Shown here one piece after another: positions 11,876-27,169 of a stretch of DNA of 64,000 bases. Position numbers and translations under genes: made by a program. The notes beneath the pieces were generated by a model. It did no database searches. It had not been told where the DNA came from and saw only the letters and a list, made by a program, of their open reading frames with translations. Every line of letters begins with the position of its first letter. The stretch's first letter is position 1. Where the stretch lies: NCBI RefSeq assembly GCF_009914755.1, contig NC_060927.1; one strand, 5' to 3'. This stretch comes from the human T2T-CHM13v2.0 reference genome, Homo sapiens.

Positions 11876-14860
11876 TGAATTTTGTAAAATGCTTTTTTGC
11901 ACCTAATGAGAAGATTGTATGGTGGTTTTCTTTCATTCTGTTAATATGATGTTATCACATATATTGATTTGTGTATGTTGACCCATCATTGCATTCCGGG
12001 CATAAATTCTATTTGATCATGTTTCATGATTGTTTTAATATATAGTTAAATTCTGTTTGCTAGTATTTTGTTGAGGATTTTTGCATTTGTGTTCATCAAA
12101 GATATTGGCCTGTAATTTTCTTTTCTTTTAATGTTTTTGTCTGGTTTTAATATCAGTGTAATGCTGGCTTTGTAAAAAGAGTTTAGGAGTATTCCCTTTT
12201 CTTCAATTTTTGGGAAGAGTTTGAGTGGGATTGGTGTTAGTTAATCTTTAAATGTTTGGTAGAATTCAGCCACAAAGCCATCAGGTCCTGGGATTTTCTT
12301 TAATTAGAGACTTTTCAATCACTGATTTAACCTTCTTACTCATTGCAATTTTATTCAGATTGACTGTTTCTTCATAATTTAGTCTTGGTAGGTTTTATTT
12401 GTCTAAGAATTTATCCGTTTCTTGTAGGCTGTCCAACTTGTGACATATAATTGTTCATAGCCTCTTATGATTCTATTTCTGTGGCCTTGGGCGTCATGTT
12501 TCTTCTTTCATATCTGCTTTTATTTATTTGAGTCTTCTCCTTTCTTTTCTTAGACTAGCTAAAGATTTGTCAATTATTTCCTTTTAAAAAATTCCTCTCT
12601 TAGTTCCATTGATTCTTAAGTTATTTTTTAGTCTCTATTTCATTTATTTCTGCCCTGATCTTTATTATTTACTTCCTTCTGCTAACTTTGGGCATAGTTT
12701 GTTCTTTTTCTACTTCTTTGAGGTATTATGTTAGGTTTTATATTTGAGACTTTTCTCCTTCTTTGATGTAGGCATTTACTGCTATACTTTTCTTGTAGAA
12801 CTGCTTTTGCTGTGTCCCATTTTTCCGATTTTTATTTGTCTCAAGATATACATTTAATTTCTTATTTAATTTCCTCATTACTGCATTGACTTTTTAAGAG
12901 CATGCTGTTTAATTTTCATGTATTTGTAAATTTTCTGACATTCCTTCTAATATTGATTTCTAGCTTCATACCATTGTGGCTGGAAAAAAACTTGATATAA
13001 TTTCAGTCTTAAAATTGCTGAAGCTTACTTTGTGGCCTAACATATGATCCATCCTGGAGAATGTTCTGTGTGTACTTGAGAAGCATGTGTATTTTGTTGC
13101 TCTTGGATGGGATGTTTCTATACATGCCTCTTAGGTCAATTTGATCTAATGAGTTATTCAAATCCAAAGTTTCCTTATTAATTTTCTGTCTGGATGATCT
13201 GTCCATTGTTGAAATTATGGTATTGAAGTCCCCTACTATTGTTGTATTGCACTCTATCACTTTCTTTAGATAGATCCTCTAATGTGTGTTTTCTATAATT
13301 AGGTATTCCAATGTTGTGTGCATATATGTTTACAAGTTTTAAATTCTTTCGATGAATTAACCCCTTTATCATTGTATAATGTTCTTTTCTGTGTCTTAAA
13401 AAAATTTTTTTTCCTTAAAGTCAATTTTGCCTCAAATAAGTTTAGCTGCTTTTGTTCTCTTTTGGTTCATCTTGGTGTAGAATTATTTTTCCATCCCTTC
13501 ACTTTCAGACCATGTGTGCCTTTAAAGATATCTCTTCTAGGCACCATATATTTGGGCTTTGCTTTGTTTTGTTTTTGTCCATTTAGTCATTCTGCGTATT
13601 TTTATTGGGAAATACAATGCATTTACATTCAAGGTAGTTATTGATAGGTAAGGACTGAGGACCGCCATGTTGTTAGTTGTTTTCCAGTTGTTTTCTAGAA
13701 ACTTTGCTTTCCTGTCTATTGCTGTCTTCCTTTGTGGTTTGCTGGGGTTTTCTGTAGTGATATGCTTTGAATCCTTTCTGTTTTGTTTAGTGCTTTTACT
13801 GAATATTTTTGCTTTGTGGTTACCATAAGGGTTATGTGAATAACATGTACTTATAATGGCCTATTTCAAGCTAATAATAATTTAACTTGGATTGTGTCTA
13901 ACAAATCTACACACTTTTACCACTCCCCACTTTTAGGTTTTTATGTTACAATTTACATCATTTTGCAATTTATATCCCTTGAAAATTTATTTTAGCTATT
14001 GTTTTCTCTGTTTTGTATTTTAGCCATTTTCCTGGGAATAAAATTGCATTAGATACCATTATAACAGTCCTAGAATATTCTGAATATGGTCCTATTTATA
14101 CCATTAAGTTTTATGCTTTCATATGTTTCATGTTATTAATTAGCAGCTTTTGGTTTCAGTTTAAAGAACTCCCTTTAGCAATTACTGTAAGGCAGATACA
14201 GTGGTGACGAATTTCCTTAGCTTTTGTTTATCTGGAAAAGTTTTTATTTCTCCCTCATTTCTGAAAACATCTTGGCTGGATAGGGTATTTTTGGTTAGCA
14301 GATTTATTTTTCTTTAGCACTTTGAAGATGTCACTTCACTCTCTCCTTGTCTGCAGGGTTTCTGCTGAGAAATTTGCTGATAGTGTATTGGCAGTCTTTT
14401 GTATGTGATGTGTATCTTACCTTTTTCTTTGATTTTTGTTACTTGGATTATTATGTACCTTGGTATACTCCTTTTGGTCTTGAATTTAATTGGAGACCTC
14501 TGCACTTCCTGTGTCTAGGTGTTGACGTCTATCTCCATATTAGGGAAGTTTTCAGCCAAATATTATTTAAATATGCTTTCTGGCCATTTTTCCCTTTGTT
14601 CTCCTTCTGCAACTTCTATTATGTGAAGGTTTGGTCTCTTGATGCTGTCCCAAAATTCTGGTAGGCTTTCTTCATTTTTTCTCATTCTTTTGTCTTTTTG
14701 CTTTCCCAGCTGTTCTATCTCCCAGCTCACTGGTTCATTCTTCTTGACTGTGTCTGCTCTTGAAACATTCTATTAAATTCTTCAGTTCAGTTATTGTAGT
14801 CTTCATCTGAAGGATTTCTATCTTTTTTTTAATCATGAAACTAACCCCAAAAAGACATTC

Positions 14861-15186
14861 TTTTAAATTTTATGTTCTGAGATACATGTGCAGGAAGTGC
14901 GGGTTTGTTATATAGGTAAAACATGTGCCATGGTGGTTTGCTACACCTGTCAACCCACCACCTAGGTATTAAGCCCAGCATGCATTAGCTATTTCTCCAA
15001 ATGCTCTTTCTCCCCCTAGCCTTTCCCACAACCCCCAACAGGCCTCAGTGTGTGTTGTTCCTCTCCCTGTGTCCATGTGCTCTCACCATTCAGCTCCCAC
15101 TTATAAGTGAGGGCATGTGGTGTTCAGTTTTCTGTTCCTGCATTAGTTTGTGGAGGACAATGGCTTCCAGCTCCAACCATGTCCAG
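14861..15186 (-). mobile_element. Primate L1PA 3' end nested in the older L1
   Basis: gatacatgtgcagga..gtttgttatataggtaa..catgtgccatggtggtttg...cccacttataagtgag. Confidence 0.88.
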
Positions 15187-17928
15187 ATTATTTTTTATTG
15201 TTTCTATTTCTTTGTCAAACTTCTCACCTTTTTTGTGTATTGTTTTCCTAATCTTATTAAATGTTCTATTCATATGTTATTGTAGTTCACTGAAATTAAG
15301 AGTGTTAATCTGAATTATTTCTCAGTAATTTCATAGATGCCCTTTCCTTTGAGGTCTATTTTCAGAACTTTATTAGTTTCTTTTGGAGGTGTCATATTTC
15401 CTGAGTCCTCATAATTCTTGTGTCCTTGCATTGTTGTCTACACATTTGAGGAAACAGCCTCTTCTCTAGGCTTTATAGGAGATCTTTGTCAGGGATAAGC
15501 CTTCACTGTTTAGTCTAGCCTGTGATTGTGGAAGGGCCTGCTGCTATGACCCTGGACAGGCAGACCTGTTGAATTCTCTAGTTGACTGAGCCCCTCCTTC
15601 TGCTCTGATGTTTGTTGGGGCTGCTGGCTAGGTTCTGCTGTCCAGTGAGACCACTGGCTAAGCTCTGCTATCAAGTAAAGGTACTAACTGGGCTCCTAGG
15701 GTAGGTGTAGTCTCTGCTTGGGACAGGCAGGGCCAGAGGCTCTAATCCTTAGAAATGCGTAACTGAAGATTGAAATCTGTGAAGATGAATGTATCCCTGC
15801 TTTGGCGCAGTTGTGGGTGGGCTTTTTGACTGAGTGGAGCTACTACTTGACTTCCTGGGTCAACCCAGTCTAGCCCTTTTGCTTCTCTGAAATCCATGGG
15901 GGTGGGAGTCTCCCTGGCTGGGTGGGATCATTTGGCAGGCATCTTGGCTGGTTGAAGCTGCTGCCTAACTTTTTGGTTCAAGCTGTTCTAGCCCATACAC
16001 TACTCTGAGACGTATGAAGATGGGAGTCTTTCTGCCTGGGTGAGGTCATTGGGAGTGCCTATTGATTGAGTGGAGCTTCTGCTTGCCTTCCTAGCTCAAG
16101 CTTGCCTAGCACCTTTTCTTCTCCTAAATAGGGCATATAGAAGACCTGGGAAGAGCATTAAGGCTGTGTGGGGACATGAGCTAAGGATTCGAGCCTAAAA
16201 TAATTATGGACTATGTTTTCTGCAGTGTGATCCTCTTGGCTAGTTTCTCTGGTGTGGTGCCTCCCTTGCCTGGAATGTGGAGTAGCCACCAAGTTCTGTA
16301 CACTGTGAGCTCTACCTATATTCTTTGTTTCTAGCTCATCTTAGGTGGTCTGACTCTGCCTGTGTTGCCAGTGTTTCTTGTGGGATGAAAGAAGAGTGGG
16401 TCCTAGAATGGTAGACAAGCTGCATGTCGATTTACCTCACTTTTCCTACTGTGAAAACCATGGTTCCAGAGGAATTCTCCATGTGTGGTGCTGGGCTGAC
16501 TTTGGGGAGGGCTGGTGCACTCAAAGAGAACCATTCTTTTTACCATTTGATTACAGCTTTCCTTGGTGCTGCAGTCCAGTGGAGGTGTTTCAGCTTCACT
16601 CCCAAGTTATGGGATATTTGGGATGCTATTCTTGTCTGTGAATAGTTGCTGGTTAGCTTCTGTGGTTGTGTGTGAGGAGGGGTGGGGAGATGGAATGGGC
16701 TGGGGAGATAGAATGGAGCCAAAGAACTCCTATTCCGCCATCGCTCCACTCCTGACATACTTTTAATACTGTAGTGTTTATGAATTGAGACTACCCTCCC
16801 AGAACTAATTCAATAATAAGCCTTTATTTTTATTTTCAAATATTCTATAAAATTCATAAGACATGAAAGAATAATTTCCTCTTACTGACGGTCTTTTTCA
16901 TGATGACCACAGTCCCTCATTCCAGAAGTCTGAAATTACAGGTTTGAATCTTTTTACATTACAATCAATTATAAAGTTGCATTTCACAAAATATTATCAC
17001 AGAAATATGTGAAAAAAATTTAGTGCTCACAGTACTCTGTTCCATTCATTAAGTTTAAAAAAGTCTGAATCCAAAGGTGGTTAACACAATAATAAATGAC
17101 CTGCGTGGCTCCTTGCCTCTTTAGCCAGTCTTCCTTCCCAATTACAAACACTCAACCTACACTTGTTGGTGAGTTTGTCCCAAGCTTTAGTATATATTTA
17201 GGGGGTAATTTTAGTTCAGAATTTCAGCAAGCTAATATACTGAGCCTTCATTTCCATCAAACAGGCCCAAAGGCCCTGTTTTGTATTTCTCCGTGTCTGA
17301 GTTCCTGCTTTGATAACCAGCCCCCCAATTTCTCTAACACAAGAATCTTGCCTTGCTCTCATTAGTCCTTGAAGCCAGAACACCCCCACCTTATGTCCTA
17401 CTAGATCGTGGAATTTTGGGGGGATGCACATAAATGGGGAGAAGCACACAAAGTAAGATATGTTCTATTTCCCTCTTCTCGCAAGTCACGTTACAAATAA
17501 CTTCTCTAGCAGCCTGGAAACTTTCTAGTTCCTGGACTGGGGTATGGCATAAGGCAGGTTTTAGTTCCTGGACTGGGGTATGGCATAATGCAGGAATGCA
17601 TTCTCTGCATAGAAAAAGGCAATTGTGAATGAGCTGCCCTAATTGTGCGTGAAGACAGGGGAATTGTCTCCTGGCCTGAAGCTCTTTGCCCTAAAGCATG
17701 GGAAGAGCCATTCAAGAGAAATTGTAACTCAGAAGCTATGTTGCATACTGGTGAAAAGCCTAACATAATTTAAAATCTTGTTTGGTACTGGTAATCTCTG
17801 TACACTCCTGACAGGCAACTTTGAAGTAATCCCATAGGGTGGCCATTAAGACCCATGCACAAGTGTCTGATAGAAAATAACTGTCTGTGAACATGGAAAA
17901 TACATATGATAATTAGAAAAAAACATGA

Positions 17929-18219
17929 GGCTAAGCGCAGTGGCTCATGCCTGTAATCCCAATACTTTGGGAACTGAGGTGGGAGGATCACTTGAGGCCA
18001 GGAGTTCAAGACCAGCCTGAGCAACCTAGTGAAACCCCGTTTCTACAAAAAATAAAAATTTAAGAAATAGCTGGATGCAGAGGCATCTGCCTGTAGTCCC
18101 AGCTACCCAGGAGGTTGAGGAAGGAGAATCACTTGAGCCCAGAAGCTTGAGGTTGTAGTAAGGAATGTTCATGCCACTGAACTGCAACATGGGTGACAGT
18201 GCAAGTTTCTGCCTCAAAA
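17929..18219 (+). mobile_element. AluJ
   Basis: gggaggatcacttgaggccaggagttcaagaccagcctgagcaac; diverged; tail replaced by GGAA repeat. Confidence 0.9.
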
Positions 18220-18267
18220 GGAAGGAAGGAAGGAAGGAAGGAAGGAAGGAAGGAAGGAAGGAAGGAA
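18220..18267. repeat. (GGAA)12 microsatellite followed by purine-rich tract
   Basis: Direct count of 12 uninterrupted units. Confidence 0.97.
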
Positions 18268-18329
18268 GGCAGGCAAGAAGAAAAGAAGGCAGGGAGAGAC
18301 GGAGGGAAAGACAGAAAAGAAAGAAAACC

Positions 18330-19130
<801 letters not shown>

Positions 19131-20319
19131 CCACCTATTTCTTTTGGAAGAAGTGCTCAAGAGGAAGCACAAGTCAGAGATCCTAACTACTCCTCTGTCC
19201 TAGGTTGGAACAGCCTAAAGGTAACTTCCTTTTTCAGTTTCTGTGGTCCCAATTCATGAAGTACTGTGCTTACCTCATTTTAGGGATAAAAAGTTCTCTT
19301 CTTTCTATACTCCTCCTACTTCTTGGTCCTATTCTCTTTCCATTCTTTAACTTCTGTTGGGAGAGGGTTTCATGGTGAAGAAGACCACTTGGAGAGATTT
19401 CATAGGAATATCCTCATATGTGAGTTGTTCAGGACTAATGGAGAGTGTGCACAGAGACACACAGGAGAGTTGTCATGGCTGCCCATATTCCCCACTCTGG
19501 ATTGATGGAGAGTGTGCACACACACAGACACACATAGTTGTATATTTGGCTGCCCACATTCATCACAAAAGATGCGTAGTTTTGTGTTTATCAATCACTT
19601 GGATTTGCTTTTCTGTGAATTGACTGTTCATATCCTTTTCCCTCATATCATTTAGGTTGTTAAACTTCTAAAAATCATTTGCAAAATTTATTTATGCATT
19701 ACAGATGTTTTTTATCTGTCATCTACATTTCAGTTTTTTCTAAACTGTTGTTTGCTTATCAAACTTCATATATTTTTGCATACAAAAATATATTTTTATA
19801 ACGTATTGCTTTTTCTTGGTTTGGAAAGACCTCTTCAATGTGTTTCTTTTTCTTGGTTTGGAAAGACCTCTTCCATCTCTAGGTTGTAAATATGGTGATT
19901 TTTATTTGGTGCTTGAACCTGGGCCACGGTAAATAGTCATTATTACATTTTCTATAATACACATTATAGAAAGTAATATTTCTTGATATTCTCTTCTCCT
20001 AATGTTGACCATCAGAAGTATTTATGAAATATGTGCATATTTCTGTGGAAGGGAGCATTGGTCATCAAAGAGAGAAATTCTACTTTATTTGATGACACAG
20101 TAGACTATAGCATTCATAATATAACAGATTTAATGCCAATTGTGATGATAATACCTTTCCACTGGAAAGTTGTTAGCTATAAATATAAATGATGAGATAA
20201 ATGATTAATGCTTATTAGCAGATGATGAACGTAATTACAAATGCATGTAATAAGTATCTTTGTAACACTTGTAAGAAGTGTAATGTACCCTTTTAAATGA
20301 TAATTTGATTTTTAGATGT

Positions 20320-20500
20320 GGCCAATAATTGTAGCTGACATTTATTTTATGGCAATGTTCTAAGATCTTTACATATAGTAGTTAATTTCAGGCTCACAAT
20401 AACCTGGAGAGGTAGGCCATATATTTCTCATCCTTTTATAAAAAACTGAGGCAGTCTTAAGTAAAAGTCACATAAATAGTAAGTGGTGCAGTGAAACCCA
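20320..20500 (-). mobile_element. MIR fragment
   Basis: ctcacaataacc...aaactgaggca...gtcacataaatagtaagtgg. Confidence 0.6.
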
Positions 20501-22550
20501 ATCAACTCTATATTATCTCTCAAAACTGCTAAAAACCATCTAGTATACAGATTTTTAAATAATATGTTAATTAAATCTATTTTAATAAGGAGAAGAATAA
20601 ACATTTAATAGTTTAACTAAAAAACTTAGAAAAAATTTATAGTTGGTGTTCTGTGTACTTAATGTAATTATATTTGCAATCCAGGATTTCATCATTTGCA
20701 TTTATCATTCAATAAAAGCTAATTTTCAGAAGTACTTCTAGAGAGAATGCTCATTAAAAGATAACTTTGCAAAAAGTAAAATGTAATTTAGAGAAATGTA
20801 TTGTTCCATACAGTACTAGCCTTAGGCAGTAATCACGCCACACTCAAATTAATAAGTTAATGTAGACTTTAAGGGAAAAATAAAATGACCATTTTCATGA
20901 TTATTAATTTGATTAAAAGTTTTGAGATATTGAGTTCATCTGGATCCTATAGACAAGTCCATTTATAGAAACATATTAGCTTCGTTTAATATATAAAAAA
21001 TAAAACTGTGTGTCTAGTATTTTTTTGGCACAATATATTAGAGGGTTTAAATTCACAGAGGAGAACTGATGAATAGTGTGTTGAATTTATCAAGCAGGGC
21101 TTGGAAAATTATACTACATGGACAAATTCTTCCATATGAAATAGGATCTGTGAATACATATTGTTGATAATATTTTCATGCATATACACAAAAGCATGCT
21201 TATATTAATCTTTAGACCTCCAAGTTTGCTAAATGATGATAAAGAGACTGCTTGTCTCAAGAGACTGTTCTGAAGATAGAGAATAAAAAAGAGAAGAAGC
21301 AATTTTACGAGTATTGTATTTTAATGAAGAAATGTTTCCTTAGTATCTAGAGGATAAACCCCTAACTTCTTAGTATGGATGAAGCCTCCAGGACATGGGC
21401 GTTACCTATATACCTGACTTGTCTTATCCACAGCCACTTCCCCGTTGCAGGAATAATCAGCTCCAGCAAGTAGTTCCTGGTGCGTACAATATGTTTCATG
21501 GAAAGCCCTTACCTTTCACAAATCTCTGGTAAATTTCTGGTTCAAGATTTAGTTTAACAAGCTCCTTCTTTTAGAACTTTTCTTATAGTCTATTTGAACA
21601 GAATGGGTCTTTATATTTTTTGGGCCAAAAATCAATGCCATTATTGTTTACTTATATTATTATTTTATAGCAGACACCATTACTGTGTGTGTTATTTTAA
21701 TAATATTTATCTACATTTAGATCTTATGTGCAGAAAGTTAGGTAATCATATTTCTAGTCCATACCATGTTATTATCATTTGTCCCTGTAGGGAACTCGTT
21801 TTAATTAAAAAAAAAAATAGTATTTCCCTCTTATTTCCCATAGTCAGCTGTGTCTCCTGTAACCAAGACAGGACTGTAATGTGTTTGATTTATGCCATTC
21901 AGTATATATGGAATCTTACAGAATATTTGCATTGTTTTTATGTGAATGTATTTTAAATTTATAGAAATGATATTATGCTATAAATCTCATCCATTTCTTT
22001 TTTCTATGTTTTATAAATCCATGTTGCTATGCACCATAAACAATTTTTATAAAAGTGGAATCAGTTTCCAAAATTTACAAGTAAAAATATTTTTCAGCAA
22101 ACCTAAATTGTTGGCTTCTCTTTGAGTCCGCACTCCTGTATGGCAAACAATTATAGGAGTTGTATTGACTACTACAAGAGGGGAATATACTTTCTGTTTC
22201 ATCATTAGGCCCTAGTCACTCATTAACTGTCTCCTCTAAGCATTTTAATTTGCAGCCTCTAGAAGCTATGAAACATGAATGTGGCTCATGGGACATTGTA
22301 GCCTGTTAAACTTTTATACTTTCCTTCCCTTCCCCTCTTTTCCATCCCTATCTCTAAGTCTCCAAGTTAACTTACAACTACCAATCTTTTTCTTGGTTAT
22401 TAACAAGTTTTTCTCCAAGGACAAAAAGAGACTCCACCATTCCTCTCCATATTCACATTTAAATAAGTTCAGTCCTTCATTTCTACTACAGCCTTGCAGT
22501 ATGTCCTGTTTGAACACCTTTTCTTTTATCTTTAACCCAAATGTACTCTA

Positions 22551-23274
22551 CAGTACCTCTGTCTTATCTGAAGTTTTGCTTTCCATGGTTTCAGATATCT
22601 GTAATCAATGGCAGTTCGGAAGTATTAAATGAAAAATTGCAGAAATAAAGAATGTATAAGTCTTTAGTTGCATGCCATTCTGAGTAGCATGATGAAATCT
22701 TGGGCCATTCTATTCGATCCTGTCCAAGATGTGGATTATCCCTTTGTCCAGCATCTCCACACTGTCTATGCTATGCACCTCTTAGTCTCCTAGTAGGCAT
22801 TTCAGTTATTAGATCTACTGTCACAATATTGCAGTGTTTGTGTTCCACTAACCCTTATTTTGCTTAATAATGGCCCAAAGCACAGGAGTGGTGATGCTGT
22901 TAATTTGCATATGCCAAGAGGACCTTTAAAGTGCTTCTTTTGAGTGAAAAGCTGGAAGTTGTCAACTTGAGGAAAGAAAAAAAGTCATATGCTGAGGTTG
23001 TTGAAATCTATGGTAAGAACAAATCTGTTTGTGAAGTTGTAAAGAAGGAAAAAAAAATTGTGTTAGTTTTTGCTGTGGCACCTAAAACTACAAGTTACTG
23101 CCACAGCGCGTGATAAGTGCTTAGTTAAGATTGAAAAAACATTACATTTGTGGGTAGAAGACATGAACGGAAACTTGTTCTAACTGACGGCAATTGGGTT
23201 TGGTACTATCTGCTGTTTCAGGGATCTACTGGGGGTCTCCAAACTTATTCCCTCCAGATAAGAGGGCACTACTG
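22551..23274 (+). mobile_element. MER44/Tigger7-type DNA transposon deletion derivative
   Basis: TA-flanked cagt...actg inverted ends; ORF 22931-23113 (LSEKLEVVNLRKEKKSYAEV..YGKN) resembles the Tigger/CENP-B N-terminal HTH. Confidence 0.85.
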
Positions 23275-23710
23275 TATGCACTTTGTCCTCATTTGTGAGA
23301 TGAGACTTCCCTCTCCAGATATAATTTCCAGTATTTCCGTTAGAGCCCTGCCTTTTCTCACTTCTCTATACCTTCATATATTAATCCTTATTCTATCACT
23401 GCTTCTAAACCCAGAATTCTCTGCACCCTCACACATCTCCTGTTTTGAAGTACTATATAGGTTCTGTTTTTACTATTCATTCCTTCCTTCAATCAGTCGG
23501 TCAACGAATATTAATTTAAGGGTTAAATATAGCTTGAAAATACACTGAAGTCTCAACATGTATTAGAATCCATAATTAGTCTGAAGAATCACAGGTTGAT
23601 GGCTTAAAGTTATTTCCAGATTAATTTCTCTTCAGCTTATTACTATGTCCGCAAAAAGAGGTAGAAATAACATATTTAGGGTAAGGATAAGTGTGGAAAG
23701 TTCTCTCTAA

Positions 23711-24048
<338 letters not shown>

Positions 24049-24929
24049 GGAGCCAGATCTTAAGTTTGGTAGTTGTTGCAGCTGATATGAATCTAGGAAT
24101 CCACGAGGTCAAAGAATTCAAGGCCCTGGTTCTGCTACACTTTAAAACATCAGGATAGAGGAGGAAATTCCTTGCTGTGACGCAGTTACCTATCTCTATG
24201 TCCTGTTTCTGATATGCCACTGGACTCACAGCACACCTGGCCATGCTAACTGACCACAGCATGCAAGAAATTTCTAACCATCAGAGGCTTCAGTTCTTTC
24301 CAGTTTGAGCTGAAAATAGAAGGTCAGTGATAGAGAGGTTGTAGAGGAGCACTTTAAATTGTAGATCTCTTCCCTAAAGTGAGTATAAGGAATACAAGCA
24401 TGACAATGTGTTTTATACATCTGGAAAAGCAATTTCCAATGTTAGTCATGGATCACAGGAAGCAGAGTACTTCCCTTTTATAGATCTTTGTCATGAAAGA
24501 ATTTACTTTTCTCATCTGTCTGAAGATCTGGTATATAAAAGTCCAAAGCAACATTCAAGATGAAAATTTTCATATACCTACAGAAAAATTTCATATGCCT
24601 ATGGAAAATTTTTATATACCAGTGTTGGGTTGAATTTTGATGATTTATTTTGTTACCACTACAGTTTTAATTGACATGGTTTTTTTTGTAGTATATATAA
24701 TGTAGTTCTGATATCTTAAAGTTAATTTCGTCTTTTTTGGTAAGTATTGTTTAAAGTAAGAAAGACAATAAATCAATTTAACAATAGCACATATTTCTAC
24801 CAACTTGTTTATTTTTAGCCTATAATAGAATTATGTTTATGTATGTTATTTATAAATATAAAATTTTGTTTATGCTAGTTTCAAGGAAACAGGTTACCTA
24901 AATGAAGTTGTTTTTCATTCAATGCAGTG

Positions 24930-25110
24930 TTCTCATATCTATTGACTACCTACTTTGTGTCAGGCACTGCACATGTTGCTATACATATTTTATTTAAACA
25001 TTCAAATTAAATTGAGGTTGGTGTTATTGTTTATATTTTATAGAAGAATGAGTCTCATAGAGAATAAGTAACCTGAAGAAGATTATACAGATAGTATGTG
25101 GCAGAGCTAT
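24930..25110 (-). mobile_element. MIR fragment
   Basis: tattgactacctactttgtgtcaggcactg...aagtaacctg...gtggcagagc. Confidence 0.55.
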
Positions 25111-26539
25111 AGTTAAATAATGACATTAAATAAAGCCTACACACACATCCGCACACTTTGAAGACTAAGCCAACTGTTTAGAGCTTGGCAACGAACCTAT
25201 CTGATTCTAGATCTTACAATTTCCCCACTTTAATGATTGTGTTACAAGAAAGAGACAACTTGTTTTCATTCCCTTCCCCAGGGTTGGCATGGAGATGTGC
25301 TTACCTAGTTTGATTTGAGGGGCACTAGGAAGGCAGGCTTACTCAGATCCAGACTAGCTCCGGTTCAAATCCTCATTTGAAAGGCTACCATTTAAGAAAT
25401 ATTTCTTAGTTTTTTTTTTCTTTTGGTAACATCTAGTTCTATACAAATCCCTTAGTAAAATATCAATATTCTTAGAGTATTATACTTTGAGTCAATATCA
25501 GTAACACTTTAGGGGATTTGTTGATCCAAATCATTTCCAGTGGTGACAGATAACAGAGAGCACAATCCCAAAGGAGTGAGGCAAAGGACGCAGTGGAGGT
25601 TTTCCTTTAGGAAGGCAGGCAGTAGGTAATGCTGAGAGAGCCAAACAAGTGATATGAAACAGAAAATAAATTGCATTTATTTACAGTTTTATCAAATTTT
25701 ATCTGCATAGTGCATAGACAGGCATCAATTCTGACCTTGGGAAAAAATATCACTTGATAATATGAGACTGTCAATTTACCATAGAAATTACTTAGGAAAG
25801 TAAACATAGTACCCTACAAAGTCTTAAGCTTGTTTTTTTGCAAAACAACAACAAAAAAGCATAACCTAGTTGAGATGTGTCAGATGTGTTCTCTTCTGGT
25901 AATGTGTGCTATCTCAAGGTCAAATGAATCCCAGCAGGGAGACCACAAATACACAGCATTATAAATGACCCCAGGAAAACAGAAACATGAATATTCATCA
26001 TTTTTAAGCATTCCAAGACAGCAGGAGACTATTTTCATGAGGTTGTATGACACCTTTAATGATATGACTATTTGACAGCTCTTTCGTTCCAGGAAAAAAA
26101 AAATCGACAAAGAGTCAGGGGAGTCATAAGTCAAATCAAAATCTCAAAGGAGAAATCAAACCTCAGAAGTACTTTTCAAAGACTGGGACAGAGTGTTCAA
26201 TGTAAAGGCGTGTTACAGTGTCTCACGTTTGTTTCTAAAGTGTTATACAATCAATAATTAAGCAACAATAATTTCAATTAAAGGAGGACTAGGAAGATTT
26301 CAAAAAAAGGATAAAACTGTAAAGACTTTGCTCAACACATCTAGTTAATCAGAGACAGAATAATAATTAAGTTATAGTTTTAATTTTTATTTCCTCAACA
26401 CTAGGCAATAAAATGATTGGTATTCTTTGTTGATAGCAAAATCCTAGTTCCCACTAATAATATCCATTCATCTACTTATTCCTTTGACAAGCATAAAAAT
26501 ATTAGTTGTACTATATGCTAAGGACTGTCAAAATCACTA

Positions 26540-26914
<375 letters not shown>

Positions 26915-27169
26915 TTACTGGAGAAAGAGCCCAGGTGTAGATACAGTGAAGGAAGTAATTGAGTAAAAGGTTGGAAGCCAAGGAATCCACTCAGCATCTG
27001 TCTGGTTGCCTGCCGTGGTTGCTGGGTCTGCATACTTGTGGGAGTTATACAATATCCGGCACAAAAAGGGTACACGTTAAAGTTTCTGTGATTCTAGCTG
27101 CCACGTATTGACTCGATGTGTTAACCCAAGCAATTATCAAATGCTGATCAGAAATGCTGAGCATTTTAA

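Noticed and set aside
25298-25335. Hairpin tgcttacctagt...actaggaaggca
   Set aside because: 12-bp imperfect stem, too short for a pre-miRNA and expected by chance
25350-25375. ggttcaaatcc B-box suggesting a tRNA
   Set aside because: No cloverleaf or A-box; probably MIR-derived or chance
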